A stretch of 64,000 nucleotides of DNA from an uncultured Candidatus Rokubacteria bacterium (GCA_963708025.1 CAVPSB010000022.1:96001-160000), one strand, 5' to 3'. Counted from the stretch's first letter, positions 49,333 through 62,687 are shown. Made by a program: numbers and translations. Notes: generated from the sequence alone by a model not told the origin.

Positions 49333-52093
49333 TCACACCTCGGCCCAGTCGCGGCCTTCCTTGACGTCCACGCGCAGCGGCACGTCGAGCGTCATCACCG
49401 ACTCCATGATCTCGAGCACGAGCGGCCGGACCACCGCGCGCTCGTCCTCCGGCACCTCGAGGAGCAGCTCGTCGTGGACCTGGAGCAGGATGCGGGTCCG
49501 GAGCCCACGCTCGGCCAGCGCGCCGGCCAGCTTCACCATCGCGAGCTTGATGATGTCCGACGCCGTCCCCTGGATCGGCGCGTTCGAGGCCATCCGCTCC
49601 GCGCCCATCCGGGCCGGGACGTTCCGGGCGGCCAGCTCCGGCAGGTAGCGGCGCCGGCCGAGAAGGGTCGTCACGTAGCCCTTCTCGCGCCCCTCGGCGA
49701 CCGTGCGGTCGATGTACGCGCGTACCTTCGGGTGGGCCGCGAAGTAGGCCTCGATGTACCGCTGGGCGGCGGCGCGGTCGATGCTGGCCGCCTGGGCGAG
49801 CCCGAAGCCCGAGATGCCGTAGAGGATGCCGAAGTTGACGACCTTGGCGAGCCGCCGCATCTCCGGGGTGACCTGCTCGGGCGGGACGTGGAGGATGTCG
49901 GCCGCGGTGCGGGTGTGGATGTCCTCGTCCCGGCGGAAGGCCTCGAGCAGCGCCTCCTCGCCCGAGAGGTGGGCGAAGATCCGGAGCTCGATCTGCGAGT
50001 AGTCGGCGGCCAGGAAGTGCCAGCCGTCTTCCGGGATGAACGCCTGTCGGATGCGGCGCCCCAGCTCCGTGCGGATGGGGATGTTCTGAAGGTTGGGCTG
50101 GCTGCTCGAGAGCCTCCCCGTCGCCGCCACGAGCTGGTTGAACGAGGTGTGGATCCGCCCGGTCCGCGGGTTGATCAGCACGGGCAGCGCGTCGGCGTAC
50201 GTGCCCTTGAGCTTGGCGAGCTGGCGGTACTCGAGGATCTTCTGGGGGAGCGGGTGGCCCAGGGCCAGCTCCTCCAGCACGTCGACGTCGGTCGAGTAGC
50301 CGGTCTTGGTCCGCTTGATCGGCGGCAGCTTGAGCTTCTCGAACAGCACCACCGCGAGCTGCTTCGGCGAGTTCGGGTTCACGTCCTCGCCGGCCAGATG
50401 GTGGATCTCCTTCAGCAAGGCGTCGAGCTGGCGCTCCAGCTCCTTGGCCAGGAGCTCGAGCCGCTCGGGGGCGACCCGGATCCCCACCGTCTCCATCGCC
50501 GCCAGCACCGGGATCAGCGGCACCTCCAGGTCCCGGTAGAGCCGGACGAGGCCGTCCCGCTCGAGGAGCGGGCGCTGCCAGTCCCAGAGCCGCCACACCC
50601 CCTCGGCGCGGGCGCCAGCCCAGGCGGCGAGCAGTGCGGGATCGGCCTCCGCCGGCGAGCGGCCCTCGAGGAGCCCGGCGAGCGGGCCGGGGGGCTCCTG
50701 GCCGACGGCCTCCAGGCAGAGCTGCTCGAGCGGGTACCCCGCTCGGCCCGAGTTCAGCAGGTACGCCGCCACCGCGGTGTCGTCGATCCGCTCCGGCGGA
50801 ACCCGGACCCCCTGCCCCAGTGCCACCTCGACGAGCGCCTTCACGTCGTGGCCAATCAGCCGGCCGGCCTCGAGCCCGGGGAGCCCGGCCGCGTAGGCCG
50901 GGCCGGCGGCCGGGCTGTAGCCGCCCAGGCCCACGAGCGTCTGGTCGGGCGGGCTGCCGCCGAGCACGGCCTCGACGGCGACGGCCTCCCCGGCCCGCCC
51001 ACGCCACGCGCGCCAGCCGGCCGCGTCCAGGCACGGCACCCCGAGCGACGGGACGGTGACCGCGCGGGCCGGGAGCTGGCGAAGGAGGTTCGAGAACTCC
51101 AGCTCGGTCCAGAGCGCGCGGAGGCGCTCCCAGTCGGGGTCGCGGACGCGGAACCGCTCGAGGTCGATCTCGACCGGGACCTTCGCCTCGAGCACCGCGA
51201 GCTGGCGCGAGAAGAACGCCTGGTCGCGGTACCGGGCGAGCGTCTCGCGGAGCTTGGTCCCGGAGACGAGCGTCAGGTTCTCGTAAACCGCCTCCAGGCT
51301 CCCGAACTGCTTCAGGAGCTTCTGGGCGGTGACCTCGCCGACCCCGGGGACGCCGGGGATGTTGTCGATCGAGTCGCCCATGAGGCCGAGGATGTCGGGG
51401 ATCCGCTCGGGCGGGACGCCCCAGCGCTCCTGGACCTTGGCGGCGTCGTAGAGGATGCGCTCGCCGGTCCGGCCCAGCACGGACAGCACCGTCACCTTCG
51501 GCCCCACGAGCTGGAGGGCGTCCTTGTCGGCGGTGACCAGGACCAGCTCGACGGCCCGGTCGGCGAGCCGGTCGACGGCGGTGGCCAGGATGTCGTCCGC
51601 CTCGAACCCCGACACCTCGAGGACCGGCGGCCCCAGGATGTCGAGACTCTTCCGGATCCACGGGATCTGCTCGACCAGGTCCCGCGGCATCCCCGGCCGC
51701 TGGATCTTGTAGGCCTCGAACTGCTGGTGGCGGAAGGTCGGCCCCGGAGCGTCCCAGGCCACCGCCATGTAGGTGGGCCGCTCCTCGCGGAGCATCTTCC
51801 ACAGCATCATCGTCATCCCGAGCGTCGCGTTGGTCGGGACGCCGCGCGAGGTCGAGAGGTGACCGATCGCGTGGTAGGCGCGGTAGAGATACGACGGCCC
51901 GTCGACCAGGTAGAGCTGCTCGGCCTTCTCGGGCTTCTCGGACTTGCCGACGGGGGGGGAGTCCCAACCACCGGATCGCCCGGACGCCTCGGGCCTGCGG
52001 CCCTCGGGACGTCCGGCCCTCCCGGTGGTCCCCCCGAACGCCCCCACCTGGGCCGTTCGTCGCGTGTGCCGAGGGTGACGCTCGCCGGTTCAT
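49333..52093 (-). CDS. polA: DNA polymerase I (N-terminal extension derived from a family A repeat; start 52093 or 52047)
   Basis: LYLVDG...YRAYHA, EADD, GDSIDNIPGVPGVG, TGRLSS..PNLQNIP, DYSQIELR, KVVNFGILYG, QVHDEL. Confidence 0.96.
51947..52052. repeat. Palindromic repeat family A, copy at the polA 5' end
   Basis: GGGGGGGGAGTCCCAACCACCGGATCGCC-CGGACG-CCTC-GGGCC-TGC-GGCCC-TCGGGA-CGTCCG...CCCCCACCTGG. Confidence 0.88.
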
Positions 52094-55000
52094 CACGCCT
52101 TCCCCACGACGTCGAGGTAGTGCCGGCGGACCTCGCCGCTGACCTCGCGATAGCGCTCGACCAGCGCCCGCCCGCTCGGCAGCCCCAGCTCGCGGGCGAG
52201 CCGGGCCAGGAGATGCCCGGCGGCCGGCAGGCAGTCGGGCGGCCGGGCCTGGGCGAGCCGGAGCAGGCGGAGCAGGCCCTTCTCGAAATCGTACGCCTCG
52301 ACGAGAGCCCGGGCCGCCTCCGCTCCCAGGAAGCCGCGCTCGGCCAGCGCCCGGAGGGCGCGCCGGGTGGAGGGCGTCCGGAGGGCGCCATGGCGCGCGC
52401 CGTGGGTGAGCTGGAGGACCTGGGTGAGGAACTCGATGTCGACCAGCCCGCCGGCTCCGAACTTCAGGTGCAGGCGCCCGGGGCCTTCGCGGCCCAGCTC
52501 GAGCTCCATTCGCGTCCGCACCCGGTGGATCTCGGCGCGCTCGGCGTCGGAGAGCCCCGGCTCGAAGACGTGGGCCCGGCGGAGGGTCGCGAACCGCCGG
52601 GCGAGTCGCGGGTCCCCGAGGACCGGCCGCGCCTTGACCAGCGCCTGGCGCTCCCAGAGCATCGCCTCCTTCTCGAGGTAGCTCGACAGCGACGCCAGCG
52701 AGTGGCCGAGGCTCGTGCCCTTCCCGCCCTGCCGGAGGCGGAGGTCCACGCGGAAGGCCTGGCCCGTCCGCGTGATGGTCGTCAGCAGGAGATGGAGCCG
52801 CTCCACGAGCTGATCGAAGTAGACGGAGGCCGGCACGCGGTCGGGTCCGCGCGTCTGGCCATCGACGCCGTAGAGCACCACCAGGTCCAGGTCCGAGCCG
52901 TAGTCCAGCTCGCGCCCGCCCAGCTTGCCCATGCCGACGACGAGGGACGGGACGCGCACGCCGCCGGCTTCGGGCTCGCCGAACCGGTGGATCGCCACCG
53001 CCTCGGCCCAGTCCCACGCGATGCCGAGGCAGGCCCCGGCCAGCTCGGTCAGCGCCCAGGCCACCCGCGGCGCCGGCAGCGCGCCCACCACGTCCTGCCA
53101 GGCGATGCGCAGCTCCTCGGCGTGCTTGAAGAGCCGGAGCCGGTCGGCCGGCTCCGGCCCCGCCGCCGGCGCGGCCTCGAAGGCCGCCCGCAGCCGGCTC
53201 GCGGTGTGCTGGCGGCCGAGCGTCTGGACGTCGGCCAGGCGGTCCAGCAGCTCGGGGCGGTTGATGAGCGACTGCGCGAACCGGTCGGAGCGCGCGAACA
53301 GCGTGAGCACGCGCTCGAGGAGCACCGGCTCCCGGGCGAGCCGGGCCAGGTACGCCGTCCGCGGCCCGGCCGCCGCGACGAAGCGCTCCAGCGCGTTCAG
53401 CGCCGCATCCGGGTCGGGAACGCCCCGGAGCGCCGCCAGGACCGCCGGGAGGAGCGCCGCCAGCACCCGGCGGACCGCCTGGGGGGCCGGCACCAGGGGC
53501 GGCCCCTCCCAGAGGAGGCGGAGGTTCTGCCGGGCGCGCTCGGGATCGGCGAACCCGACGGCGGCGAGAGCCTCGGCATCCCAGGGCGGCGGCCCGGGCT
53601 CGCGGGAGGGCGGCGCGGCGAAGAACTGCTCGAAGGCCGCGCGGACCCGGGTGCGGGTCGCGTCGTAGTCGGCGAAGAAGCGGGCGCGCGCCGCGGCCCG
53701 GTCCCCCGCGTAGCCGAGTCGGCGGGCGAGCTTCCCCAGCTCGTCGGGATCGGCAGGCAGCGTGTGGGTCTGGAGCGCGTGGAGGAGCTGCAGCCGGTGC
53801 TCGACCGTGCGGAGGAAGACGTAGGCCCGGGCCAGCGCCCCCGACTCCTCCCAGGAGACGTAGCCCCGCTCGGCCAGGCGGTGGAGCACCCGCAGGCTGT
53901 TGCGCTCCTGGAGCCACGGGTCCTGGGCGCCGTAGAGGAGCTGGAGCGCCTGGACGTGGAACTCGATGTCGCGGATCCCGCCCACGCCGAGCTTCACGTG
54001 GCGCTCCTGGCTCCCGCGGGCCCGCAGGGAGCGGTCGATGCGGGCCTTCACCGCCTGGATCTCGCCGAGCGCCTCGCGCTCGAACCCCGGCCGGTACGCG
54101 AGCGTGCGGGCCAGGTCGAGGAAGGCGCGGCCCAGGGGCTCGTCGCCGGCCGCGACGCGCGCCTTGATCAGCGCCTGGCGCTCCCACAGGGCGCCCCGCG
54201 TCTCGTGGTACTGCCGGTAGCCGTCGAGGGGAAGCGCGAGCGCGCCGCCGGTGCCTTCCGGCCGCAGCCGGAGGTCGACCCGGAAGACGGTCCCCTCCTC
54301 CGTCATCTCGGTCAGCACCGCCAGCAGCCGCTCGGCGACCCGCGCGAAGAAGACCCGGTTCGGCGTGCTCTCGGGGCCGTCGGTCTCCCCCTCCGCCTCG
54401 TAGACGAAGCAGAGGTCGACGTCGGAGGAGTAGTTGAGCTCTTCTCCACCGAGCTTGCCCAGCGCGATGACCGCGAACGCGGTGGGGACAGGCTGAGAGT
54501 CCGACGTGCGACCCCCAGGTGGGGGGGGTCCAGGGGGGGACCCCCGGAGGGGCCGGACGCACCGAGGGCCACAGGCCCGAGGCGTCCGGGCGAATCGGTG
54601 GTTGGGACTCCCCCCCCTGTCGGATGATGCCTGGGCACACCGTAGCGCTCGATCAGGCCGGGCCGGACGATCTCCCACGCCTGCTGGAGGCACGCGTCGG
54701 CCAGGTTGGACAGCTCCTGCGTCGTCGTGACGAGATCGGCATCGCCCAGCATGTCGCGCAGCCCGATCCGGCAGAACTCCCGGCGCTTGACGCGGCGAAG
54801 CGCGTTGGCCCGCGCCTCCTCGGTCCGGAACGGGCGAACGGCGGCGGCGATCTCCTCGTGCATGCCCTCCCGGGGCCGGGGCCGCATGACCCGCGGATCG
54901 AGGAGCCAGGGCAAGAGCTGCGGGGTCCGCACGAGCGTGTCGGCCAGGAACTGGCTGCCCGCGGCCAGGGTGACGACGACCGCCATCGCCTGGGGGTGAT

Positions 55001-55295
55001 CGCGGAGCTGGGTATAGAGGAGCCCTCGGTCCATGACCGCGACGGCCAGGCGCTCGAGGTTGTTGAGGGCCATGTCGGGGTCGGCGGAGGCTCCGAGCTG
55101 GCGGAGGAGCCGGGGCAGGATCGCGGCCAGCAGCTCCGCCTGGCGGGGGGTCTCGGCCAGGCGCCGGACGTTGCGGAGGGCGCCGGCCGGGTCGCCGAAG
55201 CCCAGCGCCTCGAGGGCGGGCAGGCAGGCGGTCTCGGGAACGCTGGGATCGAGGAGGTCGGTGGAGGGCGGGAGCAGCTGCGTCTCGGAAGACAT
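52093..55295 (-). CDS. glnE: Bifunctional glutamine synthetase adenylyltransferase/deadenylase (repeat insertion and 1-nt frameshift ~54510-54630)
   Basis: Two nucleotidyltransferase domains, GKLGGEELNYSSDVD and GKLGGRELDYGSDLD; VDLRLR; WERQALIKAR; KLG.GGIRDIEF. Confidence 0.93.
54511..54629. repeat. Palindromic repeat family A, copy inside the glnE coding sequence (opposite orientation to the other copies)
   Basis: Reverse complement aligns with 51947..52052 and 20045..20147; lies between RYGVP and the AFAVIALGKLGG motif. Confidence 0.88.
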
Positions 55296-55323
55296 TCGGC
55301 AGGCCGCCTCCGGCCAGAGGCGG

Positions 55324-57238
<1,915 letters not shown>

Positions 57239-57341
57239 CCGCACGGCTCACTGCCTGCGAATCAAGTGCTGGTGGCATTCCGGCCGCCCGTTGGCTTTCT
57301 CGCATTCCTCTCGCTTCCGGCTACGGCCATGGTGTTCCACT

Positions 57342-57402
57342 TCGAGCCGCGGCTTCGCCGCGGCCTCCGCGGGGGGGCCTCGGGGGGCTTCCGAGCCCCG
57401 AT
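57342..57402. repeat. Palindromic repeat family B (full)
   Basis: CGA-GCCGCGGC-TTC-GCCGCGGC...GGGGGGGCCTCGGGGGGCTTCCGAGCCCCG. Confidence 0.75.
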
Positions 57403-57406
57403 GTGC

Positions 57407-59017
57407 TCACTGCTCCACGATCGGGTAGACCAGGGCCGTGATGTGCGAGTTGATCCGCTTGAGATTGGTCAGGACGTCGAGGTGGATCTCCGAGGTCTCC
57501 AGGGACTCGGCCAGCCCCGCCCGCAGCCGGTCCAGGTGCGACTGCCGCAGCTCGCGCTCGCGCTGGCGGATCGGCGCGCGCTGGTCCAGCACCTCCTGGG
57601 CCAGCGCGCGGTCGCCGGCGGCGAAGGCGACCATCGCCCGCTCGAGGTTCTTGGTGACGTCGGCGTGGAAGTCCATCAGCTCGGCTTCGCCCGCCTCCGA
57701 GAAGCGACGGCCCTGATAGAGCTTCTTCCGGGCCAGGTCCATCAGGTTCTTGTCGATGATGTCGCCGATGTTCTCCATGTTGCCGATGAAGCCCAGGAGG
57801 GCGATCTCCCGGCGCGACAGGTCCTCCGTCATCGTCTGCTTGCCGAGGCGGGTCAGGTACAGCTTGATCTCCCGCTCCAGGTAGTCCACCTGGTCGTCTC
57901 GGCGCTCGACGTCCTCCAGCAGCTCCTGGCCCCCCCTCCGGAAGACCACCGCCGCGTCCCGCAGCATGCCCTGGACGATGTCGGCCATCCGGAGCGCCTC
58001 CCGGGTGGCCTGGCCGATCGCCAGGCTCGGCTGGTCGGCGAAGCGGTCGTCGAGGTACCGGGTGCGGAAGCGGGCCTCCTCCTCGACGCGATCGGGCACC
58101 GCCGCCGTGATGAGCCGGGCCGCCGGGCCCTGGAAGGGCAGGAACAGCAGCGAGATGCCGACGTTGAACAAGGTGTGGGCGTTGGCGATCTGCCGCGGCA
58201 CGCCGGTCGCGCTCGCCGCCACCAGGTCGACGAACGCGGCGAGGAAGGGCAGCACCGCCGCCACCCCCAGGAGCTTGAACCCGATGTGGGCGACGGCCAC
58301 CCGCTTGGCCTCGGTGGTCGAGCCCAGCGAGGCGGTGAGGGCGGTCAGGCAGGTTCCGATGTTGGCGCCCAGGACCAGGGGCACCGCGCCGGCCAGCGGG
58401 AGCAGCCCGTGCGAGGCCAGGGCGAGGGCGAGGCCGATGGTGGCCGCCGAGGAGGCGACGATGGCGGTGAAGACCGCGGCGGCGCCGATCCCGAGGACCG
58501 GGCTCTCGGACAGGGCGACCAGCACCTGGCTGGTCAGCGGGCTGTCCTTCAGGGGCTCCATGCCGTCGATCATGAGCTTGAGGCCCAGGAAGATCAGCCC
58601 GAAGCCGAGGATCGCCTGGCCGAGATCCTTGAACAGGCGCCGCTTGGTGAAGAAGAGGATGCTGAAGCCCACCCCCACCAGGAGCGGCGCGTAGTCGTAG
58701 ATGTGGAACGCGATGAGCTGGACGGTGAACGTCGTCCCGACGTCCGCGCCGAGGATGATGCCCATGGCCTGGTGGAGGGTGAGGAGCCCGGCCTGGACGA
58801 AGCCGATCAGCATCACCGTGGTCGCCGTGGAGGACTGGATGAGCGCGGTGACGGCGGCCCCGGTCAGCGCCGCCGTGATCCGGTTGGAGGTCAGGTGGGT
58901 CAGGATCTGGCGGAGCCGGCCGCCGGCCGCCCGCTGGAGCCCCTCCCCGGTGAGCTGCATCCCGTAGAGGAGCAGCGCCATCCCTCCGAAGAGGATCAGG
59001 AGGAGCTTGGTCGTCAC
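57407..59017 (-). CDS. Na/Pi cotransporter family protein with C-terminal PhoU-like domains
   Basis: QSSTAT and ASSAAT repeats, LGADVGTT/LGANIGT, NMENIGD, LKRINSH. Confidence 0.9.
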   Translation of the reverse strand: MTTKLLLILFGGMALLLYGMQLTGEGLQRAAGGRLRQILTHLTSNRITAALTGAAVTALIQSSTATTVMLIGFVQAGLLTLHQAMGIILGADVGTTFTVQLIAFHIYDYAPLLVGVGFSILFFTKRRLFKDLGQAILGFGLIFLGLKLMIDGMEPLKDSPLTSQVLVALSESPVLGIGAAAVFTAIVASSAATIGLALALASHGLLPLAGAVPLVLGANIGTCLTALTASLGSTTEAKRVAVAHIGFKLLGVAAVLPFLAAFVDLVAASATGVPRQIANAHTLFNVGISLLFLPFQGPAARLITAAVPDRVEEEARFRTRYLDDRFADQPSLAIGQATREALRMADIVQGMLRDAAVVFRRGGQELLEDVERRDDQVDYLEREIKLYLTRLGKQTMTEDLSRREIALLGFIGNMENIGDIIDKNLMDLARKKLYQGRRFSEAGEAELMDFHADVTKNLERAMVAFAAGDRALAQEVLDQRAPIRQRERELRQSHLDRLRAGLAESLETSEIHLDVLTNLKRINSHITALVYPIVEQ

Positions 59018-59031
59018 CGGGCCCCGTCCTA

Positions 59032-59103
59032 GATCCTTCGGGGGGGTCTCGGAAGACCCCCCCGATGCCCCCCCGCCGGGGCGGCGGCGAGGCCGCCGCT
59101 CGG
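59032..59103. repeat. Palindromic repeat family B (full, inverted)
   Basis: CGGGGGGGTCTCGGAAGACCCCCCCG hairpin plus GCGGCGGC-GAG-GCCGCCGC hairpin. Confidence 0.8.
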
Positions 59104-59164
59104 ACGCCCCTCACGGCTCTCCTCGCACTGAACGCGATACGGCATACCCCGACGGTCTCCTGGA

Positions 59165-60595
59165 TCAGGGCGCCGGGATGCGAGCCAGGGCCGCGCGGAT
59201 CCGGCGGAGGGTCTCCTCCCGGCCCAGGTCGGCCATCACGCCGAAGAGCGGGGGGCTGGCCGTGCGGCCGGTGAGCGCCAGCCGGATCGGCTGCGCCACG
59301 TCCACCAGCTTCGCGTCCAGCTCGGCCGCGAGCTGGCGGGCGGCGCCCTCCAGCGTCGCCTCGTCCCAGGGCTCCACCGTCTCCAGCCGCCGGACGAAGC
59401 GCTCGAGGCGGGGCCGCGCGGCGGGCGTCAGGAGCTTCCCGGCCGCCTGGCGGTCGTACTCGGTGGGCGCCTCGAAGTAGAAGCGGGCCTGCTCCGCCAT
59501 CTCGGCCAGCGTGGTGGCGCGCTGGCTCAAGCTGCGCGCGGCGGCGGCCAGCAGCCGGTCCGGCGGCGCCGGGATTCCCAGCCGCTCGACGAACGGCCGG
59601 AGCCGCGGGGCGAGGCCCTCCCGGAAACGCTGGATCCACTGACTGTTGACCCACTCGAGCTTCGTCCGGTCGAAGATCGCGCCGGCGGCGCCGACCTGGG
59701 CGAGGTCGAAGAAGCGCACCAGCTCCTCGCGACTGAAGATCTCCTGGTCGCCGTGGGCCCAGCCGAGCCGGGCCAGATAGTTGACCATCGCCTCGGTCAG
59801 GAACCCCTGGTCGCGGAACACCAGCGTCGAGGTGGCCCCGTGGCGCTTCGACAGCCGGCTCCGGTCGGGGCCGAGGATCATCGGGATGTGGGCGAAGACC
59901 GGGCGGGCGTAGCCGAGCGCCTCGTAGAGCAGGATCTGCTTCGGCGTGTTGGAGATGTGGTCGTTGCCGCGGATGACGTGGGTGATCTTCGTCGTCACGT
60001 CGTCCACCACGACGCAGAAGTTGTAGGTCGGCGTGCCGTCCGAGCGCACGAGGATCCAGTCGTCCAGCGTCGCGCGGTCGAACTCGACGTCGCCGTGGAT
60101 CAGGTCCTTCACCACCGTCACGCCCTCGTCGGGGATCCGGAGGCGGAGGGCCGCCGGGACCCCGGGCCGCTCGGGCGCCGTCCGGCAGCGGCCGTCGTAG
60201 CGGAAGGTCTCCCCGCGAGCCCGGGCCGCCTCCCGGCGGGCCTCCAGCTCCTCGGGCGGGCAGTAGCAGCGATAGGCTTTCCCCTCGGCCAGCAGCCGCT
60301 CGGCGTGGGCGCGGTAGATCTCGAGCCGGCTCGTCTGGCGATAGTAGCCGCGCCAGGTGCCGTCGTCCTCGGGGCCCTCGGGGTCCCAGTCGAGCCCGAG
60401 CCAGCTCATCGCCTCCAGGATCTGGCGGATCGAGTCGTCGGTGGAGCGCGAGCGGTCGGTGTCCTCGATGCGGAGGAGGAAGGCGCCGCCGGCGTGGCGG
60501 GCGAACAGCCAGTTGAAGAGCGCGGTCCGCGCGCCGCCGACGTGGAGGTGCCCGGTGGGGCTAGGAGCGAAGCGGACGCGCACGAGCTCGCTCAT
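59165..60595 (-). CDS. gltX: Glutamate--tRNA ligase
   Basis: RFAPSPTGHLHVGG, RIEDTD, THVIRGNDH, LSKRHG. Confidence 0.96.
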   Translation of the reverse strand: MSELVRVRFAPSPTGHLHVGGARTALFNWLFARHAGGAFLLRIEDTDRSRSTDDSIRQILEAMSWLGLDWDPEGPEDDGTWRGYYRQTSRLEIYRAHAERLLAEGKAYRCYCPPEELEARREAARARGETFRYDGRCRTAPERPGVPAALRLRIPDEGVTVVKDLIHGDVEFDRATLDDWILVRSDGTPTYNFCVVVDDVTTKITHVIRGNDHISNTPKQILLYEALGYARPVFAHIPMILGPDRSRLSKRHGATSTLVFRDQGFLTEAMVNYLARLGWAHGDQEIFSREELVRFFDLAQVGAAGAIFDRTKLEWVNSQWIQRFREGLAPRLRPFVERLGIPAPPDRLLAAAARSLSQRATTLAEMAEQARFYFEAPTEYDRQAAGKLLTPAARPRLERFVRRLETVEPWDEATLEGAARQLAAELDAKLVDVAQPIRLALTGRTASPPLFGVMADLGREETLRRIRAALARIPAP

Positions 60596-60639
60596 GGAAT
60601 CATCATCTTATCGGAAGCGGGCCGGCCCGCTCCACCCGC

Positions 60640-61717
60640 TCAGTAGCGGGCGAAGAGGCGGCCCCAGCCGGTGCCGGCGAAGGCCCGGATCCGGGACCGC
60701 CCGACGGTCGGGTACCACAGGAAGTCGTGGTAGACGTTCGAGGCGAACGGCGCCCACACGACCAGCGGCGAGTGGAGCAGGAGGCGCTTGAGCGGCCGCA
60801 GCGGCCCCCGGCGGATGAGCTGATCCCCCCAGATGACCAGGCTCCGCGACGTCCGGCAGCGGAAGTTGACGTCGCCGACGTCGTCGCCGGCGAGGTCGAT
60901 CTCCCGGGGATCGGCCACGCCGAGGCCGCGCTCGTGGGCCATTCGCAGGTAGGGGATGCCGAGGGGGTCGTACCCCATCAGCCGGGCGGCGATGGCGTCG
61001 ATGGCGACCGAGTCGGCCGAGGCCAGGATCAGGTTGCCCTCGCGGGGGATCATCGTCCGGGGGCCGGCGCCGTCGCCGACCACCGTGCCATCCATCACCG
61101 CGAATATCGAGGGGTGCAGCTCACGCTGCATGTACAGGAGGTCGACCAGGACCTCGTGGATGAACTCGTGGGCGTAGTGGCGGACTTCCTTCAGGAGACC
61201 ACCGAAGGCGTTCTTGACGGCGCCCGTCGTGGTCGTGTGCCCGTGCGTCTTCATCGAAGGCAGGTGGAGCACGCTGGCCCCGACGAACATCTTGGGGATC
61301 TCGATCCCCTCCGGAAAGATCTGGTTCAGCTTGAGGAGCGGGCTCTCGAAGCGGTAGGTGATCCACTCCACCTCGGGGAGCGGGATGAACGGCAGGCCGT
61401 AGCGCTCCAGGATCGGGAGCCAGCGGTTGTTGACGGCCCCCCGGCGCGGGTTCGTCACCACGGTCTTGTTCTCGATCGGGATGGATCCGCTCCCGCTGGT
61501 AGCCGTCCTCGAGGAGGGTCTTGACCACGCCCTCGAGCTGCCAGGGCTGGGTCGAGCAGGCCGGGAAGTAGCGCGTCCACGAGAGGTTGAGCTTGAGGAG
61601 CAGCTCCCCCTCCCGCGACACGGCGCGATCGTAGGCGGCGAGCCGGAGCAGCCGGCCGTAGTCGGCGACGACCGTCTCCGGCCGCGTCCGCAGCACCGCC
61701 ACGCGCGCGCGCGTCAT
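60640..61717 (-). CDS. DUF362 domain protein (frameshift ~61480)
   Basis: LLKLNLSW, HLPSMKTHGHTTTTGAVKN, DGTVVGDGAGP, DSVAIDA. Confidence 0.75.
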
Positions 61718-61787
61718 GGGCGGAGTCTAGCACACGCCCGGCACCGGGCCTCGGCCTCGCCGCCGGCCCGTGGTCGCCGGCGCCCGG

Positions 61788-62672
61788 CTACCGTCCCAGG
61801 TAGAGCAACGCGACGACGGCCGCCGCCCACAGGGCGACGTCGAGCAGCAGCGCCCGATCGGTGAGCAGGTGCTCCGACGGGTTCCCGCCGAGGTCGCGGC
61901 GGTACAGGAGGTAGAGGTAGCGAAAGAGGCCGTAGAGCACGAAGGGAAGGGTGAGCGGGAGCTGGCTGGTGCCGAGCTTGGCGGCGGTCTCCGGCGACAT
62001 GGTGTAGAGGGCATACGCCATGAGGGTTGACGCCGTCACCACCGCGATCATCTGATCCAGCAGCTGCTGGGAGTACTCGGACAAGATGGGCCGGTGGTTC
62101 ATCGCGCTCTCCTCGAGGACGAGGATCTCGTGCCGCCGCTTGCCGAACGTGAGGAAGAGCGCCAGCAGGATCGTGCAGAGCATGAGCCAGTGGGAGAACT
62201 CGGCGTCGATCACCACCACGCCGCCGAGCGCCCGGAGGACGAACCCGGTCGCGATGATCAGGGCGTCGAGGATCACCACGTGTTTCAGCCCGACCGAGTA
62301 GGCCGCCAGGAGCACCGCATAGGCGAGCGCGACCGCTCCGAATCGCGCCGAGAGCGCGAAGGCGCCGGCGCACGCCGCCGCGAGGAGTCCCAGTCCCACG
62401 GCCAGAGCCACCCCGGGACGCAGCCGGCCGGACGCCACCGGGCGGTGCCGCTTCTGCGGGTGGCTCCGATCGCGCTCGGCATCCAGCACGTCGTTGACGA
62501 GATACGTCCCGCCCGAGAGGGCGCAGAAGGCGAGAAAGGCCAGCACCGCCCGGCCCGCCGGCGCGGCGTGGTGCAGGTTCTGGGAGAAGATCAGCCCCGC
62601 AAAGACGAGGAGGTTCTTCGTCCACTGCCGGGGCCGGAGCGACGTGATCAGGTTGACGATCACGATGGGCAC
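61788..62672 (-). CDS. UbiA family prenyltransferase (decaprenyl-phosphate phosphoribosyltransferase-like)
   Basis: LRPRQWTKNLLVF, YLVNDVLD...DRSHPQKRHRPVASG, LKH..ILD, GFVLR, KRRHE. Confidence 0.88.
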   Translation of the reverse strand: MPIVIVNLITSLRPRQWTKNLLVFAGLIFSQNLHHAAPAGRAVLAFLAFCALSGGTYLVNDVLDAERDRSHPQKRHRPVASGRLRPGVALAVGLGLLAAACAGAFALSARFGAVALAYAVLLAAYSVGLKHVVILDALIIATGFVLRALGGVVVIDAEFSHWLMLCTILLALFLTFGKRRHEILVLEESAMNHRPILSEYSQQLLDQMIAVVTASTLMAYALYTMSPETAAKLGTSQLPLTLPFVLYGLFRYLYLLYRRDLGGNPSEHLLTDRALLLDVALWAAAVVALLYLGR

Positions 62673-62687
62673 AGCCGGGCCTGACGC

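Noticed and set aside
49267-54640. Very long alternative-frame ORFs (1786 aa, 1777 aa; also 15911..19723, 42075..45113, 45117..48620)
   Set aside because: Shadow ORFs of real genes caused by stop-codon scarcity at high GC; Arg/Pro/Gly-rich with no motifs
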